DNA of 63,935 bases, filler included, from Reclinomonas americana ATCC 50394 (taxonomy: Eukaryota), in the NCBI GenBank assembly GCA_048213135.1. It is 4 parts of 2 records of this genome, joined end to end, with 100 filler letters (N's around TTAATTAATTAA, not from the genome) between each part and the next. Parts side by side here need not be neighbours in the genome. Positions count along the whole stretch, not along the records: positions 54,391 to 63,935 come from PS015024.1; 3 more parts are not named here. One strand, given 5' to 3'. Below are positions 60,910 through 63,935 of this stretch, one piece after another. The translations under genes and the position numbers were made by a program. Numbering within the stretch: position 1 is the first letter of the stretch; the number at the start of each line of letters is the position of its first letter. The notes beneath the pieces are model-generated. The model searched no databases. It was given only the letters and a program-made list of their open reading frames with translations, and had not been told where the DNA came from.

Positions 60910-62511
60910 CGCAGCCATTGCTTGCTCAATGTCGCGCGCCTCGATGTCGAGTCGTGGCCGTGGTCTGCCTTGCGGCGATAATGACAGATCTGCATCCGGA
61001 CTGCAGCAGGTACAATGTAGAGATCAGAGTCTCCATAAAAGATTGCTGCTGCGTGAGACACCACGCTGCACGCAACGTATCGCGACCCATCGACGGAGAC
61101 ATGGGTGGTGCTGATGAGGCGGCGGCGGCGCTGTGAACCTCCTGCATCTCGCGCGACTCGCGCGCCTCCTGTGCCGCACGCTCCTTCTTTCGTTGCTCCA
61201 GAATCCAGTCGTAGGTCGTCATGTTCTTAAAGTCTGCCGAGTGCATCAGCAACCAGTCTACTATATCCAGCGTCACCAGGCCACGCAACATATCCAAATG
61301 TGGAAGCTGAGCAGCTGCAGCAGCAGTGCTCCGGCCACACAGCCGAGCACCGCGAACAGCGCCAACAGCGCCAGATGAAGACCAAAAGGCATCGAACTGT
61401 ACACACGACGAACTGCAGCCATACGAGAAGATGAGCGACACTTTCCGACACTCTGTTCTCTCTCTCTCCTTCTCGCACACACACCATCGGCCTTGGTCGC
61501 ATCCTCGTTCGTGAAGTAGATAACAAAATGGTACACACTCATAATCACGATAAACGCCGCCGTCAACAGCGTACATAGCACAAAGGCGAAGAATTGTCTG
61601 CGATGATTGATTGGAGGCGATCAACATCGGCGATGCTTCGTTCTGCAACCACACACACACACACACACACGCTCCACTCACCGATAGTTCCTCTGGCCGA
61701 CACACGTGTTGAGCCACTGGCAGTGATGATCGAAATGGCCGACGCACTTGTTGCAGAGGCGGCAGTGCTTGCTCCTCTTGTGCCTGGAGACCACACATCA
61801 GCAGCACTGCGCGACCACCACAGCACCACCAGCAAGATGACTCACACATACAGCTGGCAGTAGTAGCAGTCCTCGTAGTCCTTGTTGCTGTCGCTAAACG
61901 TGCTGGCAAACTTCGCCTGCATCGCCTTATCCAGGATCATGGGATCCGACGGGTCAATCACCGTCGCCCAGATCTTCAGCGTCACCACCGTCGCCAGCAA
62001 CACACCAAAGATCTGTCACGCACACTCATTCAATACCTGCTCTTGTCGGGAGAAGGGCGATGAGCGTGCACGCAACAGCCATCGTCACAATGCCCGCCTC
62101 CCGCGGCAAAGTAGGTCCCACCAGCACGTAGTAATACACGGCAAACACCACAATGAGCGCCCACGCAATGAGCTGCGGAGGTCCCAGCGGTCGCGAGAAT
62201 CCAGTCACACGAACATAATCCTATCGGGAAATGATGATGATATGACGATGATAGAAGACAACGATGATGACGAATGAACACACCGTGAAGAACTCCTGTG
62301 TGAGAGAGAGAGAGCGAGTGAGTGAGTGGAAAAACGAAATCGAGCTCATTCTCGTTCTGAATAACGATCACAGCACGCACACACTCTCTCACACACGCGA
62401 ACACACACAGAGAGGGCGACAGAGAGAAAGAGAGAGAGAGCGATCACACATACTTTCGCGTCATGGCAAGCCCCCTCTCACCTCTGGCGCACTCCCTGAG
62501 CACAGCGGCAT
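60910..62511 (-). CDS. DHHC palmitoyltransferase (ZDHHC1/11-like); ends approximate
   Basis: [82 protein letters not shown]. Confidence 0.92.
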
Positions 62512-63214
62512 GTGAGAGCCGGAGACTGCGCGTCGCTCCTCTTGCGACATGACCACGCGCGGAGACGCAAGTCGACTCGATCGCGAGGAGGCAGGTGGTG
62601 CAGAGCTCATTTGCACTTCTTACTGCTGCACTCTCTCTCTCTCTCTGACTGTGACTCTGACTCACTCACACCACACGCACGTGCGTTGGAGCCCTACCAC
62701 GTGCGCTCGCTCAGTCTGCGTCTCTCTCTCTCTTGGAGGCCCGGTGGTGATCGGAGTGCGATCGACCGTTGGGTCGGTCGGTTCATTACATGGCAGTTAC
62801 TCTTGGCGGTGTGCGAGAGAAGGAGTTTTGTTTTTCCTTTGCCATCTCACTTCTCTCTCACCAAGCGCGTGTGTGTGCGTGAAGGCTTGTTCTGACTGCG
62901 ATCTTACCCACTCAGAGCGTCCGACTGACGAGCAATGTCGCACAACTTTACACGGTGTGTTTTCGCGAGAGAGAGAGAGAGANNNNNNNNNNNNNNNNNN
63001 NNNNNNNNNNNNNNNNNNNNNNNNNNNNNNNNNNNNNNNNNNNNNNNNNNNNNNNNNNNNNNNNNNNNNNNNNNNNNNNNNNNNNNNNNNNNNNNNNNNN
63101 NNNNNNNNNNNNNNNNNNNNNNNNNNNNNNNNNNNNNNNNNNNNNNNNNNNNNNNNNNNNNNNNNNNNNNNNNNNNNNNNNNNNNNNNNNNNNNNNNNNN
63201 NNNNNNNNNNNNNC

Positions 63215-63850
63215 TGGTGACATTAATGCCAGATCTCGCGAAGAGGGGTAGCTGGTGAACTTTTTCGCCGGCTGCATGATGACACACGCAAGAGTGTCAG
63301 CCACACACACATGCACGCGAGAGAGAGAAGGGCAGGTGCGCACTTTTTGCGAGGCCGGAGGAGGTGTCTCGGGGCGACCCGGAGTCTCCTCATAGTCCAA
63401 ATCCTCATCATCCATCGGCGACGTCGGTGCTGGTGGCAGACCCGCCTCCACGTCGGTGGTGGATCGTGGGTGACTGCCGGCCGCCGCCGCCGCTGCTGCT
63501 GCTGCGGGAGGCGGTGGTGCATTGAAACCGGCCACACGGGATTTCCGAGATCGACAGAAACCACGCCCACTCCCTGCCGGTTGCTTGCGCACGTCGCACG
63601 ATTGACATCTGCTGGCGCGAATGAGAATGGGCGTGTGCGACAATACGTGTCGCCGGCACGACGCACCGCAAGAATCGGCAGCTACTCCTGGAACTCCTGC
63701 TGGCACCATTCGCCGCCGTGGTGGCTGCAGTGGTCGACGCGGCAGCCGCAGCGGCTGCGACAGCCACGGCCGCTGGAGACCGGAAGTCGTCGCCCCGATG
63801 GCTGGCAGGAGAGGCTTGCACCGCGGATGATGGTGACTGGTACAGGCAGT
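63215..63850 (-). CDS. Internal exons of a hypothetical Pro/Ala-rich protein
   Basis: Exons such as SPMDDEDLDYEETPGRPETPPPASQK|PAKKFTSYPSSRDLALMSP with GT-AG boundaries. Confidence 0.45.
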
Positions 63851-63895
63851 GCATTGTGAGGAGAAGGGAGAAGGAGAGGGAGGGAGGGAAGGAAG

Positions 63896-63926
<31 letters not shown>

Positions 63927-63935
63927 TGACGAAGG

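Noticed and set aside
1-63935. Alternative genetic code or stop readthrough in the eukaryote
   Set aside because: TAG (DD3-3, ERG8), TGA (kinase, DPH5) and TAA (DAGK) all terminate genes, and no in-frame stops remain in the conserved exons I spliced.

Overview
Draft-assembly window made of four scaffolds joined by artificial 100-nt spacers (N44-TTAATTAATTAA-N44 at 21191-21290, 44704-44803, 54291-54390). About 85% is nuclear DNA of an intron-rich, microsatellite-rich unicellular eukaryote (taxon not determinable) using the standard code. Recognisable genes: Rac/Cdc42-like GTPase, DD3-3-like protein, DUF952, STE-group kinase, GPR107-like 7TM, ERG8-type phosphomevalonate kinase, diacylglycerol kinase, MIC10, TPR, F-box/LRR, SVOP-like MFS, tRNA-Ser(CGA), Rab, DPH5, calcyphosin-like EF-hand protein and a DHHC palmitoyltransferase. 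Positions 21375-27949 are Caulobacter-like bacterial DNA (LysR, probable CrfA sRNA, hisG/hisS with a His-rich leader peptide, a low-GC 2-3 gene islet, DoxX, bioB, CYTH), preceded by an untrimmed mate-pair adapter, so probably a mis-scaffolded contaminant. Most interesting signals come from hand-splicing the eukaryotic genes: a recurrent register-shifted 5' splice site class (GTTGCG, G at +6 instead of +5), an AT-AC intron with U2-like signals in the kinase HRD motif, many 12-17 nt microexons and 60-112 bp bidirectional promoters. Also notable are a secreted ABBA-barrel-like protein, a tail-anchored clan-CD-like protein and a candidate membrane-effector islet in the bacterial segment. All gene models are manual reconstructions without RNA evidence; family names come from motif recall, not database searches.
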